Shown here one piece after another: positions 1 through 12,739 of a stretch of DNA of 64,000 nucleotides (the first letter of the stretch is position 1; the number at the start of each line of letters is the position of its first letter). The notes beneath the pieces were generated by a model. The model had not been told where the DNA came from. It did no database searches and worked only from the letters and a program-made list of their open reading frames with translations. The position numbers were made by a program, and so were the translations under genes. Source of the stretch: Okamejei kenojei (lineage: Eukaryota). The stretch lies in the NCBI GenBank assembly GCA_035221665.1, contig CM069159.1, forward strand, positions 18,352,001-18,416,000, written 5' to 3'.

Positions 1-687
1 TTTAATTACAATTTAAAATAGCTTCCTATAGCAAACACCATCTTTAATTTCCCTCTCATAGATCAGGTGACCTGTTACGTTACATAACAGCTGAATATCT
101 TACCAATATCAACTCTTCCTGTGTTAACCAATCTCAGCAAGCTTTTATATATTTGTTCCATTGAGTGTATCAAAGTGAGAACATTTCACCTGGCCATATA
201 AATGTTGAAGTTGAAGCGAAGAGATTGATATTATTCTGAATTTTGGAAATGGGTAAGTACTAGGTACTATTTTGCCTAAGTACTAGGCAAAATGCAGTAA
301 AAGATTATTAATGAAAACAAAACCCAAAAGGGGATGGAAATGTTTATTGGATTTGGTTAACTTCTGTGGTCTATTTTATGTTTGTCAGCTTGAAACCTTT
401 TCAGATTCATAGAATGGCTACAGTTTGGAAGGCCATTCAGTCCATCATGCATGTGTCAGTGCTCTACCAGGGACAATCAGACATTACAGCTAGGAAATGT
501 CCCTCACTGTGCATTTATCAAAGTTTGCCCTGTACATCACAATGGAACCCACCAGGACAGGACACACTTGCATGAAGTTCATTTCAGAACTCACCTCCCG
601 CTGTGTTTAAATATAGAAGTTTTTCAAAACAAGGGCTGGAAAGGACGTTACAGCTTGCATACTCATCCTTTGCTATGAGCTCCACTT

Positions 688-762
688 CTGAAGAAGGGTC
701 ACCCATTCCTTCTCTCCAGAGATGCTGCCTGTCCCGCTGAGTCACTCCAGCTTCTTGTGTCT
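688..762 (+). mobile_element. PLE-terminus-derived short repeat, single arm with internal deletion in the hammerhead region
   Basis: ctgaagaagggtcacccattccttctctccagagatgctgcctgtcccgctgag..., same arm as more than 25 other copies in the window. Confidence 0.75.
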
Positions 763-1534
763 CACTACTCTTCTAACATCTATGGACATGGACCACCAAG
801 GTTTGTCACATGTTGAGAAACTCGTTATGTTTTTCATTGTATTATCAGCACAAAATGTCACATAACTTTAAATATCATTTGCATGTCCATGTTTTCCCTT
901 TGATTTGTATGGTTGAATATCAGTCAATAGTTGGATCTCAATCAAGAGATAATTAATGTTAGCATTAGTTGCGAACAAATTACTTGCTTAAATATTTAAT
1001 CTTTTGTGTGTTTAATGGGCAATTGATGCACAATTACGAACATCACAAATTTCACAACCAGGCTAAGGATGGATCAGCACAAATCCCCCAGAGGTTTATT
1101 GAATGTTGAAGACTAGGGGTTTGTGCATTTAGAATTGGTGAACACTGTCCAGTTTCTGTCATTTTGCATTCTGATATAACAATAATTTAGACTTCAAATA
1201 GATGATTTGCCAGCGAACAGAAGTTGTTTATCCAAGGCTGAAAGACTGTATGGATAGTGGAATGAAAGTCCAATGTTTCACTCCTTGGAAACTTATTTTG
1301 TTCCTTTTGTGGCAAATCGATGAAGTCCCCATTGCTATCTAAAATCTAGATTGGCCTTAAAATACCTTACAACCATTAAGTTTAGCCTCAAGAATGTTGT
1401 CTTTTGCAATACCATGCATTATTTACGTCCCATCCACATCTTGACAGGGTTTATTTTGTTTTGTTTTTCTCCTCTAGACCTTTAGCAGCTTCTCTTCCTT
1501 CATTAAATACCATTGAAGAAAGAAGGAAAAACTT

Positions 1535-1837
1535 GTTTAGCTTAGAGATACAGCGCGGCAACAGGCCCTTTGGCCCAAAGAGGCCGCACCGACCAGCGAT
1601 CCCCGCACACTACCACTGTGCTACACACACAAGGGATAATTTACAATTCATACCTGAGCCAATTAACCTACAAACCTGTACCTCTTTGGAATGTGGGAGA
1701 AAACTGGAGCACCCGGAGAAAACCCATGCAGGTCACGGGGAGAACGTACAAACTCCGTACAGACAGCACCTGTAGTTAGGATTGAACCTGGAATTCTGGC
1801 ACTGTAAGGCAGCAACTCTACTGCTGCACCACCATGC
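1535..1837 (-). mobile_element. HE1-like tRNA-derived V-SINE, near full length
   Basis: Reverse strand shows A-box-like ggtggtgcagcagtagag, central ggagtttgtacgttctccccgtgacc...gggttttctccggg domain and CR1-like tail gggcctgttgccgcgctgtatctctaa. Confidence 0.9.
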
Positions 1838-1910
1838 TCCCCTGTTATTTTGCCTCTTACTATTTGGGCATGTGATTCTCATTGGGAATTATTTTGGGCA
1901 ATATTGGGGA

Positions 1911-2227
1911 TGGCACAGTGTTGCAGCTGGTAGAACCCACTGCCTCGCAGAGACCCTGGCTCAATCCTGACCTCGGGTGCAGTCTGTATGGAGTTTGCAC
2001 ATTCTCCCTGGGACCGCGTGCGTTTCCTCCAGGCTCTCCAGTTTCCTCCCGCATGCCAATGATGTGCAGGTTCTTAGGTTACTTGGCCTTTGTAAAAAAA
2101 AAAAAAGATCGCCCCTTATGTGTGGGCAGTGGTATGACAGAACCACTGTTAATGGGTGATCGAAGGTCGGCTTGGACTTGGTGCCCAAGGGCCGGTTTCC
2201 ATGCTGTATCTCTGAGCTAAACTAAAC
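1911..2227 (+). mobile_element. HE1-like V-SINE
   Basis: tggcacagtgttgcagctggtag head, ggagtttgcacattctccc central domain, tail tttccatgctgtatctctgagctaaactaaac. Confidence 0.85.
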
Positions 2228-2289
2228 AAAATGATATGAGTTTTTCAAAAGCTTTAAAACTATCTAGTAATAGATGACATGATAACTGA

Positions 2290-2635
2290 GCAGCCTAGTG
2301 GCACTGCTGGTAGAGATGCCACCTCACAACTCTCATGCCCTGGGCTGGATGCTTCCCTCCACTGTTGTCTACGTTGAGTGTACATGGTCGCCTGGTGATT
2401 CATATCTCTACTCCAAAATATCTTGTTTCCTCACACAACTGGGTTGGTGGGTTACTTGGCCACTGTGAATTGTCCCAGGTTGTAGGTGAATGGTAAAACG
2501 CAGAAGGAAGTTCAGGCGAATGTGGGGATAATAAAATGAGATAAGTATAAATGAGGAGTGGGGGGGGGGGGTGTTAGTGGTCAGTGTGGTATCATTAGGC
2601 CAAAGGGTTGCATTCTCCCCTGCATCTCACTATGC
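2290..2635 (+). mobile_element. Degenerate older HE1-like SINE
   Basis: Diverged head (gtggcactgctggtagagatgcc), ggttacttggccactgtgaattgtccc core and gggccaaaggg-like tail. Confidence 0.6.
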
Positions 2636-2789
2636 TCTGATACATCTAAGATGTACTAAGAAAATAGTTTCTCTGCTCCATTAATTACTCTATGACATCA
2701 GGTGATGTCAGGAACAGATAGAATGATTTACAATTCTCTTTCTTCAAAAGGTCATTGTTTCCCCATTGTTTTGTTTTTTCACAGGGTGG

Positions 2790-4120
2790 GGTTGGTACTG
2801 AGCATCAGAAGTAAAACCATTATTTATCACCTTCCCCTAAATGTCCTTGGGTAATTGGTAGAGAGCCATCTTCTTGATCGACTGGAGTCTTTCGAGCAAA
2901 GGTACTGCCGCAGCCTTTGGGAAGTAGGTTGTGGATATAGTTTCAGCAACAATCGAGATACAACTGTTGATCCAATTGAGCGTAAGATTGGAAGAGACAG
3001 TGGAGGCAGCGGGGTTCCCAGCCATTTCCTGTCCTATATTGTGGAGGTTGTAGATTTGGCAGGATCTGTCAGAGTAGCCGAGAGGAGTCACTGCATTTTC
3101 TTTTGTAAATCATCTATAGTAGAATTACTGTGCGCAGGTGAGAGAGGGAGTGGGCGTTTTTGGTGCTGGATAGTGTACCGAGCTACCCTGGGTAGTGTCA
3201 AGCTTGTTGAGGGTTAGACCTGTACTCATCCAGATAAACAGAGATTATTCTATCACCTCCTGACTTGAACCATCTGAATGGTGGAAAAAATATTTGGTGT
3301 GTCAGGAGGTGAATCTTGTGCTGCGGGATTCTCAATCTCTGGTCTGCTCCTGTAGTCGGGAGCTGGGAACAGGTATATCGCTTATCCAATTATAATTGTC
3401 GTCAATGTTGACTTCCAGGATATTGATGGTGGAAAACATGATTATGGCGATGCCACTAAATACCAAGGACAGGGGTTAGATTATCTCTTGGAGACTGCCA
3501 TTGTCTAGAAGCATTGTAGGATCAATTTAATTTACCACTTATCAGACCATGCTTGTACCCGTGTGTTGGTTTTGCTACATGCAAGCCAAAATTTAAAAAA
3601 AAAACATTTATTGAGGAGTGCAAATAGAATTAAACATTGCACAATTCATACATCTGACCTCAGATGGAAGGATAACAATCACGGAAATAACTGAAGATGG
3701 TTCAACCTTCGACACAGACATAAGGCATACCTGCAGCAGTCTCTTGGTGTGAGGAGCATTGATATCCAATGACCAGATTATGTGAATTTGGGAAATATGG
3801 TTTTGGCCATTGGGGAATCTTCCCTTTGATGCCTTTTGACTTCAGCATTTAAGTGGTGCCTTGGTATCAAGTCAGTGGCATCTTGTCTTCAGAATGTGGA
3901 TGATTGGTGAAAGCCAATTGAGGCATTGGTGAGCAGGTTTTTATAGAGTAAATGCTGTCTGATAACACTCCTGTCATCACCTTCCAGTTTCCAATGGCTG
4001 ATAATTGAGATCAGATTGCTAAGGTGATAATGAGTTGAATTTATCCGGCTTTTTCTGAATAAAATATACTTGAGTAATTTTTCTCATTGTTGGGTCGGTG
4101 CTATTGTTACTGCACTGGTT
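2790..4120 (-). mobile_element. Old LINE 3' portion (CR1/L2-superfamily), decayed RT C-terminus and 3' UTR
   Basis: Minus ORF 2837-3091 ends ...AVPLLERLQSIKKMALYQLPKDI, resembling the C-terminus of chondrichthyan LINE ORF2 (…PTPHGLQRFKKAAHHHLLKG-like); many stops and frameshifts. Confidence 0.55.
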
Positions 4121-4273
4121 CAGGTCAACAAGAGAGAAAATTATGAGTGGTGCAAATTAAATGACTTCAGCTTTTATGCACAGCCTCATAAAATTTGCTG
4201 AATGAATTCTGTGAACTTTAACAGATATCTGGATGATATGTGTGATCATTAATTCTTTCTTCTTGATACTATT

Positions 4274-4745
4274 TTGAGAGTGGTACATCATCTTCAGAAG
4301 AGCACATTGGCTGATTGCATCACAGCCCCGTTCAGTAACTGGAATGCCCAGGAAGGGAGGAAATTACCAAAAGTGGTGAACACTGCCCGGTCCATCACGG
4401 GTACTGACCATCAAAAGGCCCTGTCTCACAAAGATAGCCAATGTCATCCAGGACCAAAACCACCCTGGTAACGTTCTCATTTTACACCTGCCATCAGGCA
4501 GGTAATATAGGAGCAGGAATACTGTAACATCGAGGTGCAGGAACAACTTCTTTCCAACAAACATTGTTTGACTATTGAACACCATAAACCCCAACTACGA
4601 TCTGCCTTGATTGCACAAGAGACTTTTGTTTTTTTCTTTATTGAACATTTTTTTGTTTCTTTATTATATTATCTATTGAGTACTGTTGTACTGCTGCTGG
4701 TAAGAATTTAATTTTCCATTTCCGTACATATAATAAAATACTCTT
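4274..4745 (+). mobile_element. Rex1/Babar (L2-related) LINE 3' fragment
   Basis: Translation STLADCITAPFSNWNAQEGRKLPKVVNTARSITGTD matches the ESILTGCITAW.GN...RK.LQRVV.TA..I.G C-terminal motif; followed by T-rich 3' UTR ending taataaaatactctt. Confidence 0.75.
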
Positions 4746-5590
4746 AGAAAAAAAAAATATGTAGAGGAGTAGACCATTTGGCCCTTTGAGCCAACACTCT
4801 TGACTTGACTCTGGCGTGCACAGCCTAAAGTTGCTGGACTACTTGTTCTGTTTGATCTTCCGTTTGTGCACGTCGAGTTGATTGCATTAGTCGAAACACG
4901 TGAAGGTTACAATCTCCCACCCCCACTCATGACTGGTGGCCATTGGCACAAACCGTGGTGGTGAAGTGCTTTGAGAGGTTACTAACTTCCCTGAGCAATA
5001 ATAGGTTGATGTAGTTATTTTGTAGTTGATTTCCGAGCTTGATCTCCATGAGGTAGTTGGGTTTTTTAAAGACTTGTAATTTTGAACAATGTTCATCAAA
5101 TTAATCGTGGTCATCTGACAATTACCAGAATACAGCATGAAGATTGGGGTTGTCTGCTGAAAAAAACAAAGCTTCACTTAGAAATCAGAAAGCTGTGATA
5201 AAGGAGCACTTACTTAAAAATCCCTGTTGGAATTCAGGAGGCCTACGACATGGTGACTGTAGACTTTATTAATTGCATTTGAATTCCTCCTTGATTCTGA
5301 TGTACGCGATTGTAAAGATCTTTAATTGCGTCTTGCTTCAACTGCAAACTATTCAGAAACTTACTTAATCCCAAGAGGCGCATTAACATAAAGGAATGTA
5401 CGAGGAATGATTTGTTGCAACATCAATTATTCACCTTGTGGAATCAATGTAGCAATAAAGTGAAGGTGCTAAAAGATTTATTGTGTGACTTCGAAACATG
5501 CAAGAGGAGTCTGTTTTTTCTCTGTGTCCATTTTCGGTTTGGGTTCTAATGCACGTGTTGGTGCAGTGGCGTGCACAGTGTCCCTTCATA

Positions 5591-5720
5591 TGTGTAGGGG
5601 GGGGGGGGGGGGCTACAGGTTCTGGTTTAAACTGAAGATAGATACAAAAAGCTGTGGAAGCTCAGCAGGACAGGCAGCACCTCTGGAGAGAAGGAATGGG
5701 TGACGTTTCAGGTCGAGACG
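5591..5720 (-). mobile_element. PLE-terminus-derived short repeat, single arm
   Basis: ctggtttaaactgaagatagatacaaaaagctg...ggcagcacctctggagagaaggaatgggtgacgtttcaggtcgagac. Confidence 0.8.
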
Positions 5721-6146
5721 CCTGTGGACAGCAAAATCAAAGAGCTTTGGGCTTTTGCCTGTCTAACAATGATTCTCAAGTGCATGAAAGCAGGATAGCA
5801 TGAGTGGAAATTGGGGGTAGAATCAAAATTTGATGTGTAAACACAGCAGGGATACACTTTCACTTGTGCATGGTCCATATGAATACAGCAGTATCAAGAT
5901 GCCTTTTTTTTTAATAGCATGACAATTCTTACTGCTAACTTGCTTTATGAGCAGTTGTGCAATTTTAAACAGTAGTGCGTGTGATCGCACACGATGAATA
6001 CTTAAAACTGTGTGGCACCATAGTTCTCTCGGATGCTTAACCAATAATGTTTTCCACATAAGGGAATGTCAAATGGTGGGAATATTTCAGAATGGGCATT
6101 CCTTAAGCACCTGATCGGGTGCAGCACATTTTCAAGAGTCTGATCT

Positions 6147-6556
6147 ACATTAAAGTGTGTCTATTCTGAAGATAGTTGGCGGGCTGTCGCAATTCATCAT
6201 CGTTGAAAACATTAGCGATGCAGTGGTGCTGGTTTCCGACGGGAACGGTGACGGACACACCACACATCTCTGTCCGCAAGTTCCTGCGGACGTCCGCCGC
6301 TGGAAGTATAGGATTTTGGTGTGTGTGCTTTATCATCATTCCTTACAATGCTATGTACGACAGTGATCGCAACTTCTACTGAAGTGTGGATGGCTGTTGG
6401 CTTACTAGGAGGTGGTCCGCCCTTTGACGGGTCTTGTTTTTGGTCCTGCTGGGGGTCCACAGCCCTCTCCTCACCAGGAAAACCATGGGCGACTATCCGA
6501 CCATGGAGCACGTGGCACAGGATTACATGGTACCCATGGGGGGGGGGGAACTCCCC
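6147..6556. mobile_element. Unclassified CpG-rich ~410 bp insertion, probably a non-autonomous retroelement
   Basis: Sharp rise in GC/CpG versus flanks, G-run terminus, imperfect flanking repeat ctgatct/ctgacct; no recognisable ORF. Confidence 0.35.
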
Positions 6557-7265
6557 CTGACCTGACCTTTTAACTTTTAACCTAGCCTCTCAGTGGAGGG
6601 CCTCAATTGGCAAAATGTGGCACATGTTTGTTCATTTACAAAAGGTCTTGTGCTTATTTTGGGCATGGGTGCAGATTAAAAGTTTATCTGTTTCCCAGGT
6701 GACTGCTACGGTTAGCAATGTTCCAAATACACCCAGCAAGGCACAGTGGAGGCTCGTTGGCCATTTTACATCAGAAATTCGACATATTACAGAAGAAATT
6801 GCAAGCATATTATTCATGGATCCTATCTAGTTTTCCTTGAGTTACCACTTTACCATTTATAGACTGGTGTAAAATGGTGATCTCAGATGGCATTAGCAGG
6901 AGGAATGTAAAAAGCTGCTTTGTTAGATAATATGGGAAGAGCATGAATTGTAAAAGCTTTTGCTCTTCTATAGCTGCACTATTGACTCCAAGCATTATAA
7001 CTCTGATGGAGTATGTCTTTGCCATATGTAAACGCACTAACATTTAGATGTAATCTCAGCATCATACTGGTCCACACTATTCCTGCTCATCTCCCAAGTA
7101 TAATGAATATTTAAACATTTTATCTCTGTTAAAAATCCATCATATGTGATATTTTCCTCAAACTAAATAAATATGTTGTTAAGTGATCTGCTCTTCCATC
7201 ATACACAATTTCACATTTGAACATAATCAATATAAATGGCTGCAGTAAATACAACTTTATGACAG

Positions 7266-7480
7266 ACTAAAGATAGACATAAAGTGCTGGAGCAACTCAG
7301 CGGGTGAGGCAGCATCTCTAGAGAAAATGGATAGGTGCCGTTATGGGTCGGGACCTTTTTTCAGATCTGGATCCAAAATGTCACCTACACATATTGTACA
7401 GAGATTGTGCCTGACCCACTGAGTTACTCCAGCACTCTGTGTCTATCTTCTAAACCAGCGTCTGCAGTTCATTTTTATTG
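7266..7480. mobile_element. Palindromic (head-to-head) PLE-terminus element
   Basis: Arm aagatagacataaagtgctggagcaactcagcggg... mirrored by ...ctgagttactccagcactctgtgtctatctt. Confidence 0.85.
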
Positions 7481-8719
7481 CATTTTATCTAAGACCAGTA
7501 ATGTCTGAAAACCATTACTCCTTTCTTTGACATTAATGTATGTTTTAATCTTGTCATATTAAATGCTGTGTACTTCCACACTTTTAGTACCCAAACCTGT
7601 TTAATCCGATTCCCCATGTAATTATTTATTCACAATACAGCTGAATTGAAAAGTTATTGAGGAAATTGTAACTACTTATTTGACTGATTATTATGCAAGT
7701 CATTCGATGAATAACTATGCCTGAGATTTTTGGTTTTGGCTGGTTTAATGCATCATGAGGTTAATTACTATGAACCACAAAGATGTAATTTTGCAACCTT
7801 TGAATCATGAATGAATATGTATCTTTATTGGGTGTAATACATGCAGCCGTTTTTCATGTCTGAGCGTTGACATATGAAGGATTTGTCAATCTGAGATGGG
7901 TCAGAAGTCACAAATAGAGAGAGAAGGGAGAAAATAAACTCAACTATATTCTTGCTCCAAAGTTCGTATCTTTTCAATTCTGGGTGAGCAGAGCTTTGAA
8001 CTTTGTTAAGGTAAATTTTGACTTGGTTCTGATGGTATGTGCATCTAATTAGGTACGCTCTTCCAGGTTTAAACAACTCTCTACCTGATATCTATAGCTC
8101 TCACAATTTTATACAGCTCTATTAGGTATCCCCATAACCTACAGCATTCTGGAGAAAACAATCCAAGCCTGGCTCAATTAATTACTCCAGCCGTTTGTGT
8201 CTATATTTGGTATAAACCAGCATCTGCAGTTCTTTGTTTCTACATCACATCCATGTAAACAGTTTTTGTTTCTTCGCTCCATAGTTATTGTCACTTTAAA
8301 CAAAAAAAATGTTTTGTTTCTCATTCCTTTTGACAGTTTTGTGTGTGATTTAAGTCTAATTTAACAATTTTCTGGCCTATATTTGGTTTGTTGCAATATG
8401 TGTTTTTCGGTATATTTGATGGGACTTTTGGCCTGCTCAGTGATCCTTTACAGAGGATGTAAAACAGGATCAGACATAACTTCAGTGGAAATTTACACTG
8501 AGAAATGTGTTTGACATATGGTCGAATTCTTTAACATGAACAGCAAGTCCAGACATTTTTCATTATTTCTTCTTCAAACTGCTTTGGTCTGATAATAAGA
8601 GATTTTGTGAGTGTCTGCGTATGTTTGCATGAATGTGTGTATCTGTACATATGCCTCGGGAGTGACTGAATCACTGGTAATTTTGATTCTCTCAAGATTT
8701 GATTTGATGAACCATTAAT

Positions 8720-9275
8720 ATCCATTCACTCCTATTTCTCTCCTCCCCTTCCCCTTCCAACTACATTCCCTCCTCCAAAATTTGCTACTCTTCAATCCTT
8801 TTGTCTTACATATTTTGCCTTTTAATCTCATTCCTCCTTTGACTCTCAAAACACTGACCTCACCTGTATCAACCAAACATCTGCACAGGCAACATCTCTG
8901 GGGAGAAGGAATGGGTGACATTTCGGGTCAAGACCCTTGTTCAGACTGAGAGTCAGGATAGATGGAGATGAGAAATTCCTTCTCTCCAGTGATGCTGCCT
9001 GTCCCGCTGAGTCCAGCATTTTGTGACTATCTTCGGTGTAAACCAGTGTCTGCAGTTCCTTCATATACATCACCTGCCAGGCGTTGTCCTGCCCCTCCTC
9101 TCTTCCTGCTTTCTTTCCCCCACTTACAATCAGACTGAAGAAGGGTCTCGACACTAAATGTCACCCATACCTTCTCTCCAGAGATGCTGTCTGCCCCACT
9201 GAGTTAATCTAGCATTATGTGTCTACCCCTGAGATGCTGCCTGATGCCAGCACTTTATGCGTGTTTTCCCCCATT
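8720..9275 (+). mobile_element. Longer PLE pLTR remnant with nested palindromic PLE element (about 8886-9068)
   Basis: Pyrimidine-rich pLTR-like tract, then cagactgaagaagggtctcgacactaaatgtcacc and the family 3' arm; inner inverted copy interrupts it. Confidence 0.65.
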
Positions 9276-10199
9276 AATATCCAGCTGACCAATCTGAATT
9301 GTGATGCAACGTGTTCCACTATCTTGGAAAGAATATTTTCTTTTTGTGATGATTTAACATTTCCAGGCTGAGAATAGAAAGATCTATTAATCGCTGAACC
9401 ATTTCTGAGTGAGATGGATTGTTTCGATAGGTCATGCATGCAGGAGGGAATCATTATACTCTGGAGATAGAAGTTTTCTTTCATCTTGGTGAAATTTAAG
9501 TTCTAACTGAGATCATGCAGGTAAACTCACAGCTGTCAACTCACTGCATCATCCTATCTCAGCAGCATGCTTTCAAAAACTCTCGTCGGGCTTTCAAAAA
9601 CCCTTTTTAATTATAATAACCCTTCACGTAACTCTTATCTCCCTTTGTATGTTAAAACCTTTCCAGCTATTCTATAACTCAATTTAAAGAAATTATTTCC
9701 ACATGAACTCATCCGATTTTGAGGGCACATTTTCATCCTGTGAAGGAAATCAGTTCACAAATCAAGAGGATTTCTTTGTTCTTTCCACACTCATTGGGTT
9801 CAATCTGGATACAGTCCATCAAAGCAATTATTTCAACAGTAAGTCAAGGCAAGTAAGCCGAGATATTCATCCCAGTCAGCAGAGTTAAATACACTGTATA
9901 GAAGTGACACTGTTTTGTAATCAGCTTCCCAAATTTCAGACGGCTCTGGGACTGAATTTTAAAAGTGCACAGGAGGATGTGCTGATGCTACTCTATTGGT
10001 GTGTTTAATGCTGGCAACCTGTGGTGAACTTTTAACAGGTAACATTTCAATGGAAATGACGTGTCTACTCTGAATCAGTGGAGGTCAGCTTGACATTGGG
10101 GGAATAACTTGTGTATCTCGGAAATCAGGGGGCACACATACCAGGAAAACACAATTTACCAGTTTCAAAACTCAAGAAAGGCAAAAGCTGGAAGATTAC

Positions 10200-10335
10200 T
10201 ACTTTAGACTTTAGAAATACAGCGCGTTCACTTGTCCAAAGGCCCACCGAGTCCACACCGACCAGTGTTCAACCCATACACTCGCACTATCCTGCACACT
10301 AGGGACAGTTTATTTATCAAAAGCAATTAACCTGC
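10200..10335 (-). mobile_element. HE1-like SINE 3' fragment
   Basis: actttagactttagaaatacagcgcg...ggcccaccgagtccacaccgacc...cacactagggacag. Confidence 0.75.
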
Positions 10336-10468
10336 AAAATGTTGCATCAAATATTCATTGATCATTTGTACTTGCCTATAAGTTTATGTAAGATGCAATT
10401 GATACCTCAAGTTTCACAGGAACTTAAAAAGCTTACAAATAAATCGCCATTGCTGAATTTATTCCTTA

Positions 10469-10747
10469 TGCCCCTGTCCCACTTAGGAAACCTGAACGGA
10501 AAGCTCTGGAGACTTTGAGCCCTACCCAAGGTTTCCGTGCGGTTCCCGGAGGGTTTTGTTCTCCGGCAACCACCTTCAACTAGCGTCGTAACCTGCTTCT
10601 ACTAAAAAATTACAGATTTTTAAAACGGAAACCACTTTCGACCATTAGGGAGACTGGCAAAAACCTCCGGGAACCGCACAGAAACCTTGGGTGGGTCGCA
10701 AAGTCTCCAGAGGTTTCCGTTCAGGTTTCCTAAGTGGGACAGGGTCA
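10469..10747. mobile_element. MITE with ~85 bp terminal inverted repeats, Harbinger/PIF-like termini
   Basis: tgcccctgtcccacttaggaaacctgaacggaaa...cccggagg mirrored by cctccgggaaccgc...tttccgttcaggtttcctaagtgggacagggtca; left flank TTA; no ORF. Confidence 0.85.
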
Positions 10748-11682
10748 ATGACAACAGCAACTTATAGTCATAACAATTTCAACACAGTGAAAGCTCTTTT
10801 GCAATATTTGACACACATCACACACCTTAATCTCACGTCATTTAATGTGCCATTCCATAAGAAGCCGTAAAATGCACATGTTAGTGCATCAATGGACATA
10901 TATTAACATATAGACATTGTTAACCCAATTGAAGTACATTATTGTAAGTCCATTACACAAATTGTTTTCATTCAATATTAGCAACAAGGTCAGCAACTAA
11001 AACAATGTTCATAAAAGACATAAAGGATAAAGATTGGGAGGTTTATTTTTCAACGGCTCACTTTCGTTCTACTTTAATATTATTAATAATAATACAAAAT
11101 AAATGCTCTTTCCAATAGCAAGGTTAGGGACGTGCTGGTGATCTTTGGGAATTTTCTAACTTGCATCTTGATGTTTCCAAGTAAAACATGGTTAATATTT
11201 TATGAGCCTATTGCAAAGAATTTCATCAGTGTGTGAAGAGAGACTCCTCAGTCAGTTGGCCGGCGACATTGGGCAAGCACTTTGGAAATTGAAGAATGAG
11301 ATCATTTTTTTTATTCACCTCCTGTACCAAGATATTCCTCAAGGCCACAAATTAGGTTTGAAGGTTAGAGAATTTGGAATGGTGGAAGAATTAGGACAAT
11401 GGTTGGCTGTCAGTCTGGCTTACGGAGTGGGGGTCGAGTATGATTGTTGCTCAAAAGATGGGCGTTGGGACCTGATGGTGGTAATTGGGGAAGGAATGGA
11501 ATGTACATATGGAGCTCATATGTGTAGGACGGGAGTGTCTGGACTTTGGTGATGTCTATCTTGTTGTGGTCTGTAGGAGCAAGGAAGTAACTTAAGGGGA
11601 GACCTGTCGGAGTCAGGTTCCCGGGGCTACGGTGAGACCAGCCGGGGAAGGTCCTTTCACTCATGCAGTTACAGAGCAGAGC

Positions 11683-11985
11683 TGGTGGCACAGCAGTAGA
11701 GTTGCTGGCTTACAGCACCAGAGACACTGGTTTGATCCTGACTATGGGTGGTGTCTGCATGGAGATTGTACGTTCTCCCTGTGACTACGTGGGTTTTCTC
11801 CAGAAGTTCTGCTTTCCTCCCACATTCCAAAGATGTACAGGTTTGTAGGTTAATTGGCTTCGGTAAAAATTGTAAATTGTCCCTGGTGTGTAGGATAGTG
11901 CTATTGTATGGGGATCACTGGTCGGCACTGACTCAGTGGGCCGAAGGTTCTGTTTCCACGCTGTATCACTAAACTAAACTGAACA
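11683..11985 (+). mobile_element. HE1-like V-SINE, full length
   Basis: ggtggcacagcagtagagttgctg, B-box-like ggtttgatcc, V-domain, tail gggccgaaggttctgtttccacgctgtatcactaaactaaac. Confidence 0.9.
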
Positions 11986-11987
11986 AA

Positions 11988-12086
11988 ACCAAAGATAGAC
12001 ACAAAAAGCCAGAGTAGCTCAGCGGGATAGGCAGCATCTCTGGAGGCGAATGGGTGCCGTTTCGGGTTGAGACTCTTCTTCAGACT
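11988..12086 (-). mobile_element. PLE-terminus-derived arm directly after the SINE tail
   Basis: ccaaagatagacacaaaaagcc...gtttcgggttgagactcttcttcagact. Confidence 0.8.
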
Positions 12087-12512
12087 AGCTGAGGGTTATG
12101 AATGACCAATGAGAAACTTGTTTTAGGTCAATGTGACCTGATTTCTCCCAGCAGCACTCTAAATTAATGGTGCATTGGATATTACATCATTACTTCAGTA
12201 TGCAAGCTCAAAATGGCTCATTTCTGCAAGCATAATTTGTGACAGAAGGTGTCTAGTCGGGTCTTCCAAGTGAAACATTGATGCTTCCAATCCAATGCAT
12301 ACTCCAGAAAACATTGATGCTTCCAATGCAAGTGTTGAAAAAGCTGGTGCTGCAAGGCTGATTTCTAGATTTATTTATTTTTACTTTCCTGAATTTGAAA
12401 CCTGAGTTTTGTTTCTTCAGTTTGGAGGATTAAATATGGATGGATATAAACAGAACCATAAATGGATTAAAAAAAAAAAAAAAAAACATCACAATTTCAA
12501 ACAGTTTCAAAA

Positions 12513-12705
12513 ATAGAAACATAGAAATTAGGTGCAGGAGCATTCAATTCAATATGATCATGGCTGATCATCCAACTCAGTATCCTGTACCTGCCTTTTC
12601 TCCATACCCCCTGATCTCTTCAGCCACAAGGGCCACATCCAACTCCCTCTTAAATATGGCCAACGAACTGGCCTCAACTACCTTCTGTGGCAGAGAATTC
12701 CACAG
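12513..12705 (-). mobile_element. CR1/HER1 LINE 3' end
   Basis: Tail atagaaacatagaaa; minus translation LWNSLPQKVVEASSLAIFKRELDVAL..GY is the CR1 ORF2 C-terminus. Confidence 0.9.
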
Positions 12706-12739
12706 AAGGAGATGAGAACATTTGAACGCTGGGAATGCA

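Noticed and set aside
5049-5070. let-7-like miRNA (tgaggtagt)
   Set aside because: Only the first 9 nt match and no complementary hairpin arm is visible.
12273-12327. 19 bp direct repeat aaacattgatgcttccaat
   Set aside because: Two copies 17 bp apart; consistent with a simple local duplication.
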